64,000 nucleotides of DNA from Coleofasciculus sp. B1-GNL1-01 (GCA_040220235.1 JAVJTO010000119.1), one strand, 5' to 3'; positions 1 through 10,044 are shown, numbered from the stretch's first letter. Program-made: numbers and translations. Notes: generated by a model not told the origin, from the letters alone.

Positions 1-244
1 AAGCGTGTAAGGTAGACCAGATAAGGGTTTCCAGCCATTTTTCGACCCAACAAGTGCCAGGTTTTTACACTATAACCGTCTTGCATCCTGGAATTTTCGC
101 CGACAACAGCACCAAATTTTACCTCGACAGAGGGTCAACATCGAGCGAAGTCGAGATGTTAAAACCATTGCCCATTGCATATTCCACACCGAGCGTGTTA
201 CCGAGCGGAGTCGAGGTAAGCCGAGGTGTTCCCTATTGCCTCTC

Positions 245-273
245 CCCACCACAAGACTTATTCAGCAGCCCCT
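245..273 (-). repeat. End of GGGGCTGCTGAATAAG MITE family (inverted copy)
   Basis: Reverse complement of AGGGGCTGCTGAATAAGTCTTGTGGTGGGG found at 56789-56818; similar to 37767. Confidence 0.7.
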
Positions 274-435
274 AATTATTCCGTTCGTCTCCCAATTCTT
301 ACCTGGCTTCAACCTCCTAAGGTCGTAATTTTTTCTTTGTTCTTGAATGAATAAAATTGTAACCTATTGTATATTTCTCATCTATACACTCCTAAAGTTA
401 GATAACTTATGCCAAAGATTTAGATTAAATCGAAT

Positions 436-522
436 TAGTACAACGCGGCGGAACTATTCAAACCCCATTAAATCTTGGCAAGACAAGCATTTTAAAATTT
501 GAATTCCGTGCAGCGGTATGAG
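436..522. mobile_element. Short MITE-like element upstream of PEP-CTERM gene
   Basis: Imperfect terminal inverted repeats AGTACAACGCGGCGGAA ... TTCCGTGCAGCGGTATGA around an AT-rich non-coding core. Confidence 0.45.
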
Positions 523-543
523 TTGATAATTTTTTAAAATCTC

Positions 544-1284
544 ATGAAGCAGCAAAAAATGAATAGATACCTTATTCCTAGTTTAGCACTTGGGACATTC
601 GTGTTGGGTGTGGGTCAAGCTCAAGCCGCCCAGGTGACAATTGATGATTTTAACACGGTTGATCAAAGTGTCGAAGTCCTGGGTAGTCCTGATACTATGG
701 CGATGAACACTATGATGAATGGAGATAACAACATAATTGGTGGAGAGCGCAAGATCAAATTAACAATAGATGAGAATGAGTTTGACGACCCGGATCTGGG
801 TGCGATTGTAAGCATAGTAGACGGTTTTGCAACCGTTAGCAACGATGCTGGAATTGAAAGTACAACGGTGTTTACATGGGATGGAACCGACACCAGTCCT
901 CTGAATGCTGATCTAACTGGGGGAGGCATGAATCAGTTCTTCCGTTTAGATATTGACAGTGTCGATTTGACGGCAAAGCTAGCATTAGACGTGACAGACA
1001 GTGACGGTGATATGGCAAGCCTGACGAAGACAGGACTGAGTGAAGGGAGTGCTATCTTCAATTTCAATGCGTTTAACAATTTTGCGGCTACGGATTTCAG
1101 TAGGGCAGAATCAGTATCCTTGACAGTTGGAGGACCCCAAGAGGTTGATTTTGCGGCAGATTCTCTTGTTGCTACCGTCCCCGAACCCCTGACTATCCTG
1201 GGTTCAGGTTTAGCCCTAGGATTTGGTGGCTTGTTTAAAAAAGAGTATTCCAGAAAGCGCCAAAAAGCCCAGTCCAAGAATTAA
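544..1284 (+). CDS. PEP-CTERM sorting domain surface protein
   Basis: Signal peptide ending AQAA; C-terminal VPEPLTILGSGLALGFG transmembrane segment followed by a basic tail. Confidence 0.9.
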   Translation: MKQQKMNRYLIPSLALGTFVLGVGQAQAAQVTIDDFNTVDQSVEVLGSPDTMAMNTMMNGDNNIIGGERKIKLTIDENEFDDPDLGAIVSIVDGFATVSNDAGIESTTVFTWDGTDTSPLNADLTGGGMNQFFRLDIDSVDLTAKLALDVTDSDGDMASLTKTGLSEGSAIFNFNAFNNFAATDFSRAESVSLTVGGPQEVDFAADSLVATVPEPLTILGSGLALGFGGLFKKEYSRKRQKAQSKN

Positions 1285-1323
1285 GGCATGGACTAATTAA
1301 GTAATGTACTGGTTTTCTTGTCC

Positions 1324-2259
1324 TTAAGTTCCCCCATCTTCAACATAAGTTGCCCTAGCGCCAAAAACCGCGATCGCAACGCCTCCTAATAGAACGGCTG
1401 CACCCACTAATACAAAGCGTCCGGGGAGTTCCTGAAAAACAAGATATCCCAAACAACCAGATACAACAGGTTCCCATAAAATTGCTAGGGTAACCAGCGT
1501 TGGAGAAATCCAGCGCACTGCCCAGTTAAAGCTAGTATGCCCGATTAATTGAGGCAATACCGCCATAAGTAAAATATAAAGGTAAACAGCACGCGGATAA
1601 CCCAGGTAGCCAACACCAAAGATTAAGGGTAAGGGCAACAAAACCAATGCGCCAGTGCTATAGGCGATGGCAATATAACTGCCAATTCCTAGACCACGCC
1701 GCTGGGCTTCTCTACCCAACAATAAATACAAACTGACGATCACAGCACCAATTAAGGCGAGACTATTGCCCAAGGTGGGATTAGAACTCACGTTAACCGT
1801 TTCTTGATCCCCTAATGCAATGAGGACACCGCCGATAAAGGCAATACCAATTCCCAGTAGGGTTAACCGAGAGGGTTTTTCCTTGAACCATAGCCAAGAT
1901 AGCAAAGCTACCCAAATTGGGTTGGTGGTGACTAGAGTCGTAGAAGCGGCAATTGACGTGAAGGATAGAGACGTAATCCAGGCGGCAAAATGTAGGGCAA
2001 GACAAATCCCAGCCCCCACAGCATAATGGAAGGCACCGGGACTAAGCTGATTAGATCCTAGGTTGCGCCAAGTGGGTACTATTAATAAGGATGCCAGAGT
2101 TAGGCGAGAAGCTGACAGAAACAGGCTAAATCCAACGCCACTCAAGTCAGCCGCCGTATTCGCTAAACGAATAAAAATGGCGGCACTGGAAACTGCCAAG
2201 ACACCAGCGACTAATACCAGTCCCACCTGCCACGGTAACGGTTGCTTGGACGTTTTCAC
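1324..2259 (-). CDS. DMT/EamA family transporter
   Basis: About 10 hydrophobic helices in two EamA-like halves; motifs TSIAASTTLVTTNPIWV and GHTSFNWAVRW. Confidence 0.9.
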   Translation of the reverse strand: MKTSKQPLPWQVGLVLVAGVLAVSSAAIFIRLANTAADLSGVGFSLFLSASRLTLASLLIVPTWRNLGSNQLSPGAFHYAVGAGICLALHFAAWITSLSFTSIAASTTLVTTNPIWVALLSWLWFKEKPSRLTLLGIGIAFIGGVLIALGDQETVNVSSNPTLGNSLALIGAVIVSLYLLLGREAQRRGLGIGSYIAIAYSTGALVLLPLPLIFGVGYLGYPRAVYLYILLMAVLPQLIGHTSFNWAVRWISPTLVTLAILWEPVVSGCLGYLVFQELPGRFVLVGAAVLLGGVAIAVFGARATYVEDGGT

Positions 2260-2416
2260 GATTTTACGCTCTCTATCCAGTAATATCTTCCTTTGCTAAA
2301 TTAACCATTATAGTGGGGGTATTTTAGCCGCATCATATTTAATTTTTTTACGTTTTCCCACTAAATGTGGTTGCTGAATCGACCCTGTAGACGAGTTTAC
2401 TTCGTAAACATTAACA

Positions 2417-3715
2417 TCAAACTGAACCTTGATTGGTTGATTTACTAGTAGCTATCGCAGTTTGATAGATAGAAATCATTTGAGTAATCTTGGCGTCCCA
2501 GTCAAAGTGTTGAATAACGCGCTGACGACCAGCTTTACCCATAGCACGGCGCAAGTCGGGTGATTTAGCCAAGGTTATCATTGCTTGGGCAAGCTCGTTA
2601 ACAAATGTTTCTGGAGAGGTAGGGTTAATTAGTATTCCACAGGATTCATCAATATAATCAGCAGGTCCTCCCCAGTTAGTGGCAATTACTGGGATTTCTG
2701 TTGCCATTGCTTCTAGGACAACAGCACCACCGCATTCTCGCAAACTTGGCAGAACCAAAACATCTGACTCCTGTAATCGTTTGGCACACTCAGGCTGAGT
2801 CAACTTGCCGTAAAAGGAAACTGCATCTGTTAATCCTAAGCTTCTAACCTGTTGTTCTAAACAGTTTCTTTCCTTTCCACTGCCAACAATGTCTAAAAAT
2901 GCTGGAGCCTGCTCTCTTACTTGCTGAAAGGCAAGTAACAACCACCTTACACCTTTCCAGTCTACTAAGTGACCAATAAAGATAAATTTGGTATAATTAC
3001 GATTGCAGTTAGACTCACAATTAGGTTCCCACAGCGAAAGTTCTACACCGTTTTCTACCAACTCCATCACCATTCCTTGTATTTTGACAGGAAGGCAATT
3101 TTGGGTACGCTGATTGGCGACGATTAATATGTTCGCTTTTCGTTTACCGGGAAACCAAAAATTGAGTAAATCGGCAACAAAACGTCCTAAATTCATAGTA
3201 TATTCAGCTTGTTTAGTTTGCATAAACTCAAATGAGGGAGGATAATTCATGCCACCATTCATTGGTCCAATAATTATAGGGACTCCTAAATTGAATAACA
3301 GGGATGGTTCTTTGGGAGAAACAGGATTAGGTTGATGAACAAGATTAATTTCATGATTTTGAATCAGGGTTTTCAAAAAATATTTAACTTGGTATTGAGT
3401 CACCATAAGTAAGATATACTTGAAGGAAAATTCATAAATTGCGCTTGGTACTATTCGTTTTAATATCCGAATTGATCTGTGTAAAAATGTATCCTCTATA
3501 AAATCTATAGTTTCCATTTCACCGGGAAATAATGACTGAAGTTCTTTTTTGTTTCTGCGATGAACCAATAACCAGGCTGGAATATTATACTTACGAAGTA
3601 AGCGAAAATAGTGGAGGGGTAGTGCGGCTTCACCACCCATCTTTAAAGAGGCGTTTTCGGAAACTATTGCAACTTTAATTTTTTCTGATGATTCTGATAA
3701 TTGTGCCAAGCCCAT
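2417..3715 (-). CDS. Glycosyltransferase family 4 (GT-B)
   Basis: Motifs FIGHLVDWKG, VLPSLRECGGAVVLEAMA and ATNWGGP; start chosen at MGLAQ (ORF track starts 3808). Confidence 0.88.
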   Translation of the reverse strand: MGLAQLSESSEKIKVAIVSENASLKMGGEAALPLHYFRLLRKYNIPAWLLVHRRNKKELQSLFPGEMETIDFIEDTFLHRSIRILKRIVPSAIYEFSFKYILLMVTQYQVKYFLKTLIQNHEINLVHQPNPVSPKEPSLLFNLGVPIIIGPMNGGMNYPPSFEFMQTKQAEYTMNLGRFVADLLNFWFPGKRKANILIVANQRTQNCLPVKIQGMVMELVENGVELSLWEPNCESNCNRNYTKFIFIGHLVDWKGVRWLLLAFQQVREQAPAFLDIVGSGKERNCLEQQVRSLGLTDAVSFYGKLTQPECAKRLQESDVLVLPSLRECGGAVVLEAMATEIPVIATNWGGPADYIDESCGILINPTSPETFVNELAQAMITLAKSPDLRRAMGKAGRQRVIQHFDWDAKITQMISIYQTAIATSKSTNQGSV

Positions 3716-3888
3716 AGCTCTATTATTTATTTTTTTAATAAGAAATGAACTATTGCATCTTACCACAAAAATGAAATAAGTCAAGTTTCTTCTACATAGG
3801 GGATTCATCTAACTTAGAGTAAAAAATGATACGATTTATCAAAAGTTTGGAAATAAACAGCGAGAAACAGGTCAAGGCTTTTCCAATT

Positions 3889-4533
3889 ATGTCTATCACT
3901 ACTCAATCCAATTGGTATGAAATTTATCGCAATAAACAAAAGATTTTCGATCTGTGGGCACCGAACTACGACCTGCTGTTTACCACAATTTTCTACCAAG
4001 CCGTTCACAAACGGTTGTTGGAGTACATAGAACTACCGGACAATCCGAATGTGCTTGATCTCGGTTGCGGTACGGGTCGATTATTGCATCGCCTTGCCAC
4101 CCAGTTTCCCACTCTCCAGGGTACAGGAGTTGATTTATCTGCCCAAATGCTGCGTCAAGCCCGACAGCGCAATCAGCATCGACCGCGACTTATTTTCAAA
4201 CAGGGAAATGCTGAGTCTTTACCCTTTGCTGAGGGTCAATTTGATGCAGTGTTCAATACCATTAGTTTTCTGCATTATCCTCAACCTCAACAGGTATTCT
4301 CTGAAGTGAATCGAGTTCTGCGACAGGGGGGACGTTTTTACCTGGTTGACTACATCGGTCGAACCAAAACAGTGACCCTTTCTATTCCCTTATTTTCTAA
4401 TAACCTTCGCTTCTATAGTCGAGAGCAACGCGAACAATTTGGTCGGGTAGTAGGTATGGAATGCTTGGGGCATCATTTTCTTTTAGGACCCGTGATGCTA
4501 ACGATTTTTCAACGCATTGGTTCGGCAGAGTGA
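3889..4533 (+). CDS. Class I SAM-dependent methyltransferase
   Basis: VLDLGCGTG motif I, GNAESLPF, FDAV and RVLRQGGRF. Confidence 0.9.
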   Translation: MSITTQSNWYEIYRNKQKIFDLWAPNYDLLFTTIFYQAVHKRLLEYIELPDNPNVLDLGCGTGRLLHRLATQFPTLQGTGVDLSAQMLRQARQRNQHRPRLIFKQGNAESLPFAEGQFDAVFNTISFLHYPQPQQVFSEVNRVLRQGGRFYLVDYIGRTKTVTLSIPLFSNNLRFYSREQREQFGRVVGMECLGHHFLLGPVMLTIFQRIGSAE

Positions 4534-4695
4534 ACAGGGAGCGTCATCGCACTGTCTCTGGGGTGAGTTGGGAAGCGAAAATGTGGTATTGTCGGACTAT
4601 CCGGGTAGGCAATCATATCTTGCTTTGCCGACTTAGCCTTAACCCGTCCTAGCGACTTATGATAAATAATGTCAAGTACTATTTAGGATAGCATG

Positions 4696-4922
4696 TTCAC
4701 CAACCTTGCCCTAAAAGGGACAAGGATTGACCAAGCCAGTTTGGACAACGTAAGAGGTGAATAGCTTTTTGAGCCTAGTCCTGGTACAGACTTCCGAATA
4801 CTTCCCTAGTTCGGACTATCTCTAAGCCTAATTGGTTAGGCGTTGGGTAATGCCAAGACATCTTGGACTAGGTGAGCGAAGGGACTTATTACAGGTTTTG
4901 CTGGTTCCTGGGATTATATCCA
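4696..4922 (+). ncRNA. omegaRNA/HEARO-like structured RNA scaffold
   Basis: Nested pairings TTCACC/GGTGAA (4696/4756), CCTAGTCC/GGACTAGG, TCCGAA/TTCGGA and GCCTAA/TTAGGC; the CTTCCC loop and distal GAAGGG tract resemble the HEARO pseudoknot region; ends at GGGATTATATCCAT where an iscB/isrB start would normally follow. Confidence 0.72.
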
Positions 4923-4990
4923 TTTAAAAACCAGCATTTAATTGTAAAGCTGTCTTATAAAGACAGGGTTTGAGACCCAAAGGAGTTTCG
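4696..4990 (+). mobile_element. Non-autonomous IS200/IS605-family (IscB/IsrB-type) element with no nuclease ORF
   Basis: Left end TTCACC plus CCTTGCCCT-AAA-AGGGACAAGG hairpin; right-end hairpins CTGTCTTATAAAGACAG and GGGTTTGAGACCC, followed by TTTCG|ATGA. Confidence 0.75.
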
Positions 4991-5794
4991 ATGAACCGGA
5001 TCAGAAAAATTGGATTCTATCCTTTGCTTGTTTTAGCGACCTGCCTAGGCTCACTAGGAATCGACCTCCCGGCTGAAGCGTCTTTTTTTTATGATTTTGA
5101 CTCCTCTTTCCCTAACCCCGATGCGGTTACCACCGGAGGATTGACCAGTCCATCAGGGTTGTCGCCGACGTTTACGACGAGTACAGAGAACGGCATTCTT
5201 ACCTTAAGTGATAGTAAAAGTGCGAATAATGGGGGTTCCGTTCAAGGATTTTGGGGAATTACCGACCAGGTTTTCACAGATGTGAAGGTATCTGCTATCC
5301 TCAACCCAAGTGCTTCCACTGACGATCAACTCGTTCTCTTTGCCCGAGGAAACTTAAACACGTTTGATACTTATGCCGCTACAATTGATTTTTTTGATGG
5401 GGATCTATTGCTCAGTAAAGTTGTTGGTACTCAAGCCATTGTTTTAGATGAAATCGAGGGAGCTTTTAGTGATTTAAACCGCAGCTATTTTCTGGAATTT
5501 GAGGTAGTAGGGAATCGACTCACGAGTCGGGTTTTTGATAGTCCTGGTGGCACACAACTGTTTAGTCTGACGACGACAGATCCCCAAGAGAGTTTTACGT
5601 CCGGCGTTTCAGGAGTTGGTTTACAACTCAGTCCGACAGCGCTTATCAATCCTCTCAATGGAACCTTTGACAATGTAACTTCAGTTCCCGTTCCAGAACC
5701 GACGACATCAGGGGGTTTGCTGTTAACATTCGGTGTAGCGTCTTCTGGATGGGTTGTGAGGCACAAGTTGCAATCCCAAAAGACAAAAAGATGA
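4991..5794 (+). CDS. PEP-CTERM sorting domain surface protein
   Basis: ATG preceded by AAGGAG; signal peptide ending PAEA; C-terminal VPEPTTSGGLLLTFGV plus basic tail. Confidence 0.85.
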   Translation: MNRIRKIGFYPLLVLATCLGSLGIDLPAEASFFYDFDSSFPNPDAVTTGGLTSPSGLSPTFTTSTENGILTLSDSKSANNGGSVQGFWGITDQVFTDVKVSAILNPSASTDDQLVLFARGNLNTFDTYAATIDFFDGDLLLSKVVGTQAIVLDEIEGAFSDLNRSYFLEFEVVGNRLTSRVFDSPGGTQLFSLTTTDPQESFTSGVSGVGLQLSPTALINPLNGTFDNVTSVPVPEPTTSGGLLLTFGVASSGWVVRHKLQSQKTKR

Positions 5795-5987
5795 TAATTG
5801 GGGATGCCAATTTCGCTTGTCCGGCAAAAACTGTGTAACGCCTGTTATCTGTAGGGGTACGGCATTGCCCATGGGTGTCAACTTAAGCTCAACCCCCTCA
5901 GATCGGCAATTTTTTTGCACAAGTCAGGGATTCAGCGCGGGATATGAGACAATTCAACAAGCAGTCGGATTGTCCGAGCTTAGATTT

Positions 5988-6689
5988 ATGTCCCACGAAT
6001 CCTCAGAACAACTCAGTCTCTTTGACCAGTCAGGGCTGACATCTTCTACCCCCAGTGACTTCAAACCGGAGTTAATTCCGACGGATGCCAAGGTTCCGAT
6101 TCCTCCTGGCACTTACGACTCCATGGAGTCTTTGGCAGCTCATTGTAACGTTTGTCAACGCTGTGAATTAGCCGCCACTCGCACCCATGCTGTAGTGGGG
6201 CGGGGTAATGTTCATGCTCCGATTATGATCATTGGGGAAGCCCCTGGACAAAATGAAGACGAGCAAGGTTTACCGTTTGTCGGTAGAGCCGGACAATTGC
6301 TGGAGAAGATTCTCGCCGCCGTCAAACTGGATAGTGAACGGGATGTCTATATTTGTAACGTGAATAAATGCCGCCCTCCTGGGAATCGAGTACCGACTCC
6401 TGACGAAGTTGCAGCTTGTAAACCGTATTTATTAGAACAAATTCGCTTAGTCGATCCTAAGATTATCTTGCTAACAGGCGCAACGGCGGTTAAGGGGTTA
6501 ACGGCTGAAAAGCGCGGCATTACGAAGATTCGTGGCACTTGGATGGAATGGGAGGGGCGACTGTGTATGCCAATCTTCCATCCCGCCTACCTATTGCGGA
6601 ATCCGTCACGAGAGCCGGGTAAGCCAAAGTGGTTGATGTGGCAAGATATCCAAGCAGTGCGAGCCAAATTAGATGAACTGCAATCCTAA
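5988..6689 (+). CDS. udg: Uracil-DNA glycosylase family 4 (Fe-S)
   Basis: CNVCQRC, IGEAPGQNED, PFVGRAG, KCRPPGNR and IFHPAYLLRNP motifs. Confidence 0.93.
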   Translation: MSHESSEQLSLFDQSGLTSSTPSDFKPELIPTDAKVPIPPGTYDSMESLAAHCNVCQRCELAATRTHAVVGRGNVHAPIMIIGEAPGQNEDEQGLPFVGRAGQLLEKILAAVKLDSERDVYICNVNKCRPPGNRVPTPDEVAACKPYLLEQIRLVDPKIILLTGATAVKGLTAEKRGITKIRGTWMEWEGRLCMPIFHPAYLLRNPSREPGKPKWLMWQDIQAVRAKLDELQS

Positions 6690-6785
6690 AATGTTGTTTG
6701 GGGAACCCCGGTAAACGGTCATACAAAAAAGATGTGTTTAACTTTTATTCCATTTGGGTTTTGGGAGATTCTCGCCTAGAATTTC

Positions 6786-7208
6786 ATGCAGTTTAGAAAT
6801 AAGCAAAAGAACTCACCAATCCCTGAAGTTAATCTGATTCCTTTAATGGATGTGATGATGTCAGTGCTAACATTTTTCATTATCACATCAATGAGCTATA
6901 CAGGTCAGCGCTTAGGGGATATTAATCTACCTGGTTTACCGGGTACTGGAACCGCTAGTGGTGAGTCAAATACTAGAAATACTCTGGTTATTGGCTTAAA
7001 TCGCCAAGGCGAGATTTTAGTGGATAATCAAGTGATTACCGTTAACCAGGTGTCTGAAACAATCCAGTCATACCTAGAGCAAAATCAAAATGCTACAGTT
7101 GTTTTAAAGGCAGACCGAGACTTACCTTATGAAGATGTGCAAAAACTGTTAAAAGAAATGACAATAATTGGTGGCGATCGCGTCTCTCTTGCTATTGAAC
7201 GTCGTTAA
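6786..7208 (+). CDS. exbD: Biopolymer transport protein ExbD/TolR
   Basis: EVNLIPLMDVMMSVLTFFII transmembrane helix with Asp; LKADRDLPY motif. Confidence 0.9.
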   Translation: MQFRNKQKNSPIPEVNLIPLMDVMMSVLTFFIITSMSYTGQRLGDINLPGLPGTGTASGESNTRNTLVIGLNRQGEILVDNQVITVNQVSETIQSYLEQNQNATVVLKADRDLPYEDVQKLLKEMTIIGGDRVSLAIERR

Positions 7209-7342
7209 AACAATTTACATAATAATAACCGATAGGGGTTATCCGCCTACATCAATTAAAACTACCATTTTACTCAATTATAACGGGTCGCCCTAATCTC
7301 AATTATCCGTGACAGGATCATGTTTATTTAAATCGTTCAACG

Positions 7343-7762
7343 ATGCGTTTTAGAACCCAGCGAACCCAATCATCAATACCGTCCATTCAATTAATCCCTA
7401 TGCTCAATGTGATCATGGGAGTTCTAGCATTTTTTGTTATGACTTCCATGCTGTTAACCACTCAAGAAGGCGTCAATGTTCAACTCCCTAATACTGAAAA
7501 TACTCAAACTCAGCCGCCGGAAAAGCCTACTCCTTTAATTATACAATTGAAGTCACAAGGACAACTGGTCATCGGTAATCAATCGGTCAGCCAAGAGCAA
7601 TTGTTTGAGCAAATACAAACCTATTTATCCCAAAATCCTCAAGGGGCTGTTTTCTTGCAAGCCGATAGTCAATTGCCCTACGAGCAAGTGATTCAGGTAT
7701 TGGCTCAAATGCGGGATGTGGGAGGCGATCGCGTTTCCTTAGCTATTGAGAGTGGAACTTAA
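7343..7762 (+). CDS. exbD: Biopolymer transport protein ExbD/TolR (second copy)
   Basis: IQLIPMLNVIMGVLAFFV transmembrane helix; LQADSQLPY motif. Confidence 0.85.
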   Translation: MRFRTQRTQSSIPSIQLIPMLNVIMGVLAFFVMTSMLLTTQEGVNVQLPNTENTQTQPPEKPTPLIIQLKSQGQLVIGNQSVSQEQLFEQIQTYLSQNPQGAVFLQADSQLPYEQVIQVLAQMRDVGGDRVSLAIESGT

Positions 7763-7775
7763 ATTTTTTGAGAAA

Positions 7776-8936
7776 CTAAAAGGAAAAATCATCTAAACTA
7801 ATAACGGCTGTTCCCGATTCATCTTGTGTGGGGATGAGTTGGATAAAGCCCTTAAAATCATTTTTTTCTACACTGTAAATTATCCCCTCTTCTCCCAAAG
7901 GAAACACTTGAGGGACTTTAAAGCCCTTTTCTTTAATTTTGCTTTCAATTTGATCGCCTAACTGTTCGGTAGCTTTTTCATAGACCGTTCCTAAATGATT
8001 ATATTTACCGTCGCCTAATTTTTTCTTGACACCTTCACTTAATTCTTTTTCGTACTTACCTGCAATAATAATTTGTTCTACCGTCTCTTTTAATTCCCGC
8101 TCTTCGGCTGTTTCCGCTCCTAGCTCAGTTAAGTCAGCCCGGTCAAGTTGGGTTTCCGAGAGGAAAATTATCGTATTTTCCCCCTTTAAAACCAAGTGCA
8201 GATATTGAGATACATCCTCTTGAGACACTTGATAAACCTTAAAGTCAGGTTCATCTATACTCGGATTAGCTAGAGTATAATTGCGCTCAGGTAGTTCCTT
8301 GCCATAGTATTTAATCACCTGACCTAAGGGTTGCTGGATATGACGAGCCGATGTATCTGCCTCTCCAGTAAGTATACCTAACGAACCTATTGCCGCCTCT
8401 TCCGGAAACGGAAAATTTGTCAGGAATTTTTTCAGCGGATCTTCCACATTGTCATCATTGGTATCAATTCCAGAATTTATGGTCTGATCAGTAGTGTTGG
8501 TATTTTTTTCTTCAATCGTCTGAGTTTCATCCTTAGAACTAGAGGATGATAGAGAGGGTGACGATTGAGGATTTTCCAAAATTCCTGGAGAAAATTCAAT
8601 CCTAGGACTGAGATCAGAAGTCGGTTGGATAGGGTCAGGAAATGAGTTAATCGTAGGTTGATTAGAAAAGGCTGAGACGAAAGAATTCGGTTGATTTGGC
8701 GTTGGACTCGTTTCCGCTTTGGGTTCCTCAGCGGAATTTACTGAAGACTCAGGTGATGTAGAAAGAGAAGGTAACTGTGTCACCTTAACTTGTTCTTCAG
8801 GTTCCGACGTTTCCCAGGTAGAAGGAACAGGTAGAATTAACACAATACCGTGCAACACCAAAGAAATCAGCAACACGGGTCGCCACACTATCTGTACAGG
8901 AGTCGGTAAGTTTTTCAGCAACTCAGGCGATTTCAT
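7776..8936 (-). CDS. Membrane-anchored Pro/Ser-rich hypothetical protein (TonB-like N-terminus)
   Basis: N-terminal helix LLISLVLHGIVL, then a low-complexity P/S/E linker and a globular C-terminal part. Confidence 0.6.
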   Translation of the reverse strand: MKSPELLKNLPTPVQIVWRPVLLISLVLHGIVLILPVPSTWETSEPEEQVKVTQLPSLSTSPESSVNSAEEPKAETSPTPNQPNSFVSAFSNQPTINSFPDPIQPTSDLSPRIEFSPGILENPQSSPSLSSSSSKDETQTIEEKNTNTTDQTINSGIDTNDDNVEDPLKKFLTNFPFPEEAAIGSLGILTGEADTSARHIQQPLGQVIKYYGKELPERNYTLANPSIDEPDFKVYQVSQEDVSQYLHLVLKGENTIIFLSETQLDRADLTELGAETAEERELKETVEQIIIAGKYEKELSEGVKKKLGDGKYNHLGTVYEKATEQLGDQIESKIKEKGFKVPQVFPLGEEGIIYSVEKNDFKGFIQLIPTQDESGTAVISLDDFSF

Positions 8937-8980
8937 ACAAGCCTAGTTAAAAGCAGCAAGGATTTAATCCCAATTGAGTT

Positions 8981-9700
8981 TCATTTTGACATATTGGAAC
9001 TGGGCGGATTTTCAGCCTGCTTAACCCATTTGTCGTATAAATCAGGGCGGCGTTCCCGGGTTCTCTGAATCTGTTGGTCTTTGCGCCACTGGTCAATCAT
9101 CTGATGATTGCCCGATAATAAAACATCTGGAACGTGCCAACCGCGAAATTCAGCAGGGCGTGTCCACTGCGGATAGTCTAATAATCCGGCTTCAAAACTC
9201 TCTGATTTAAGGGATTCTACTTTCCCCACGGTTCCAGGACGTAATCTCACCACCCCATTAATCAAGGCGAGTGCGGGAATTTCACCGCAGGTTAAGACAA
9301 AATCCCCTAACGATACCTCTCGCGTCACTAACTGCAAGACTCGTTCATCGACACCTTCATAATGTCCACAGATGATCACAATCTGGTCATAACCCGTCGC
9401 CAACTCCACCAACAGGGGCTGGTTCAGGGGTTGTCCCTGGGGCGTCATCAGAATCACCTCTTGTCGAGGTAATCTAGGCAACGACTCCACCGCCGCAAAA
9501 ATTGGTTCGGGTTTCATTAGCATCCCCACGCCACCCCCATACGGTTCATCGTCAACCCGTCGGTGTTTATCCGTGGCAAAATCACGAGGATTGATTAGGT
9601 GTACTTGGGCAATTTGTTTAGTCAATGCCTTACCCAGCAGTCCTGACGCCAGGGGAGAGGTAAAGAAATCCGGAAACAGTGTGACAACATCAAAGCGCAC
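8981..9700 (-). CDS. trmD: tRNA (guanine37-N1)-methyltransferase
   Basis: VRFDVVTLFP, VDDEPYGGGVGM, CGHYEGVDER and SLGDFVLTCGE; GTG start inferred. Confidence 0.96.
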   Translation of the reverse strand: MRFDVVTLFPDFFTSPLASGLLGKALTKQIAQVHLINPRDFATDKHRRVDDEPYGGGVGMLMKPEPIFAAVESLPRLPRQEVILMTPQGQPLNQPLLVELATGYDQIVIICGHYEGVDERVLQLVTREVSLGDFVLTCGEIPALALINGVVRLRPGTVGKVESLKSESFEAGLLDYPQWTRPAEFRGWHVPDVLLSGNHQMIDQWRKDQQIQRTRERRPDLYDKWVKQAENPPSSNMSK

Positions 9701-10044
9701 AAGAATTGGGTAGCTGTTAAGACAAAAAAGGGTCAACCTTAACCCATAGTATAAGTAATTATTGGTATAATTTGCCATGATGATGAGGAAACAGCCAATT
9801 TCCTCTGAACGGCTCAGTGTCGTGCGTGAGTCTTCTTTGGCAGCTAAACAAGTGACCATTTCCATCGATTCCTCGTATTTAGGCGGATGTAGAGTGCATC
9901 GGATCAAAGCCAAGCGCGATGGTGTTTCGTTGGGGAGAAGCTTGCCCAGGACAGCCTCAACCAGTAGTTGAGCTAGAGTCAAAATCGTAATAAAGTGACA
10001 GTTCTAGCCAAGCGCGATACTCAAGTATTAATTGAACTCACCTT

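Noticed and set aside
1..275. Short ORFs 54-275 and 70-252
   Set aside because: They overlap palindromic CGAGCG(A/G)AGTCGAG repeats and a MITE end, with no protein motifs.
4970..4990. TTG start of the second PEP-CTERM ORF
   Set aside because: It lies within the element's right end; ATG 4991 has the ribosome-binding site and a proper signal peptide.
9701..9982. N-terminal extension of TrmD in the ORF track
   Set aside because: TrmD homology starts at VRFDVV (GTG 9700); the extension covers the divergent cphB promoter region.
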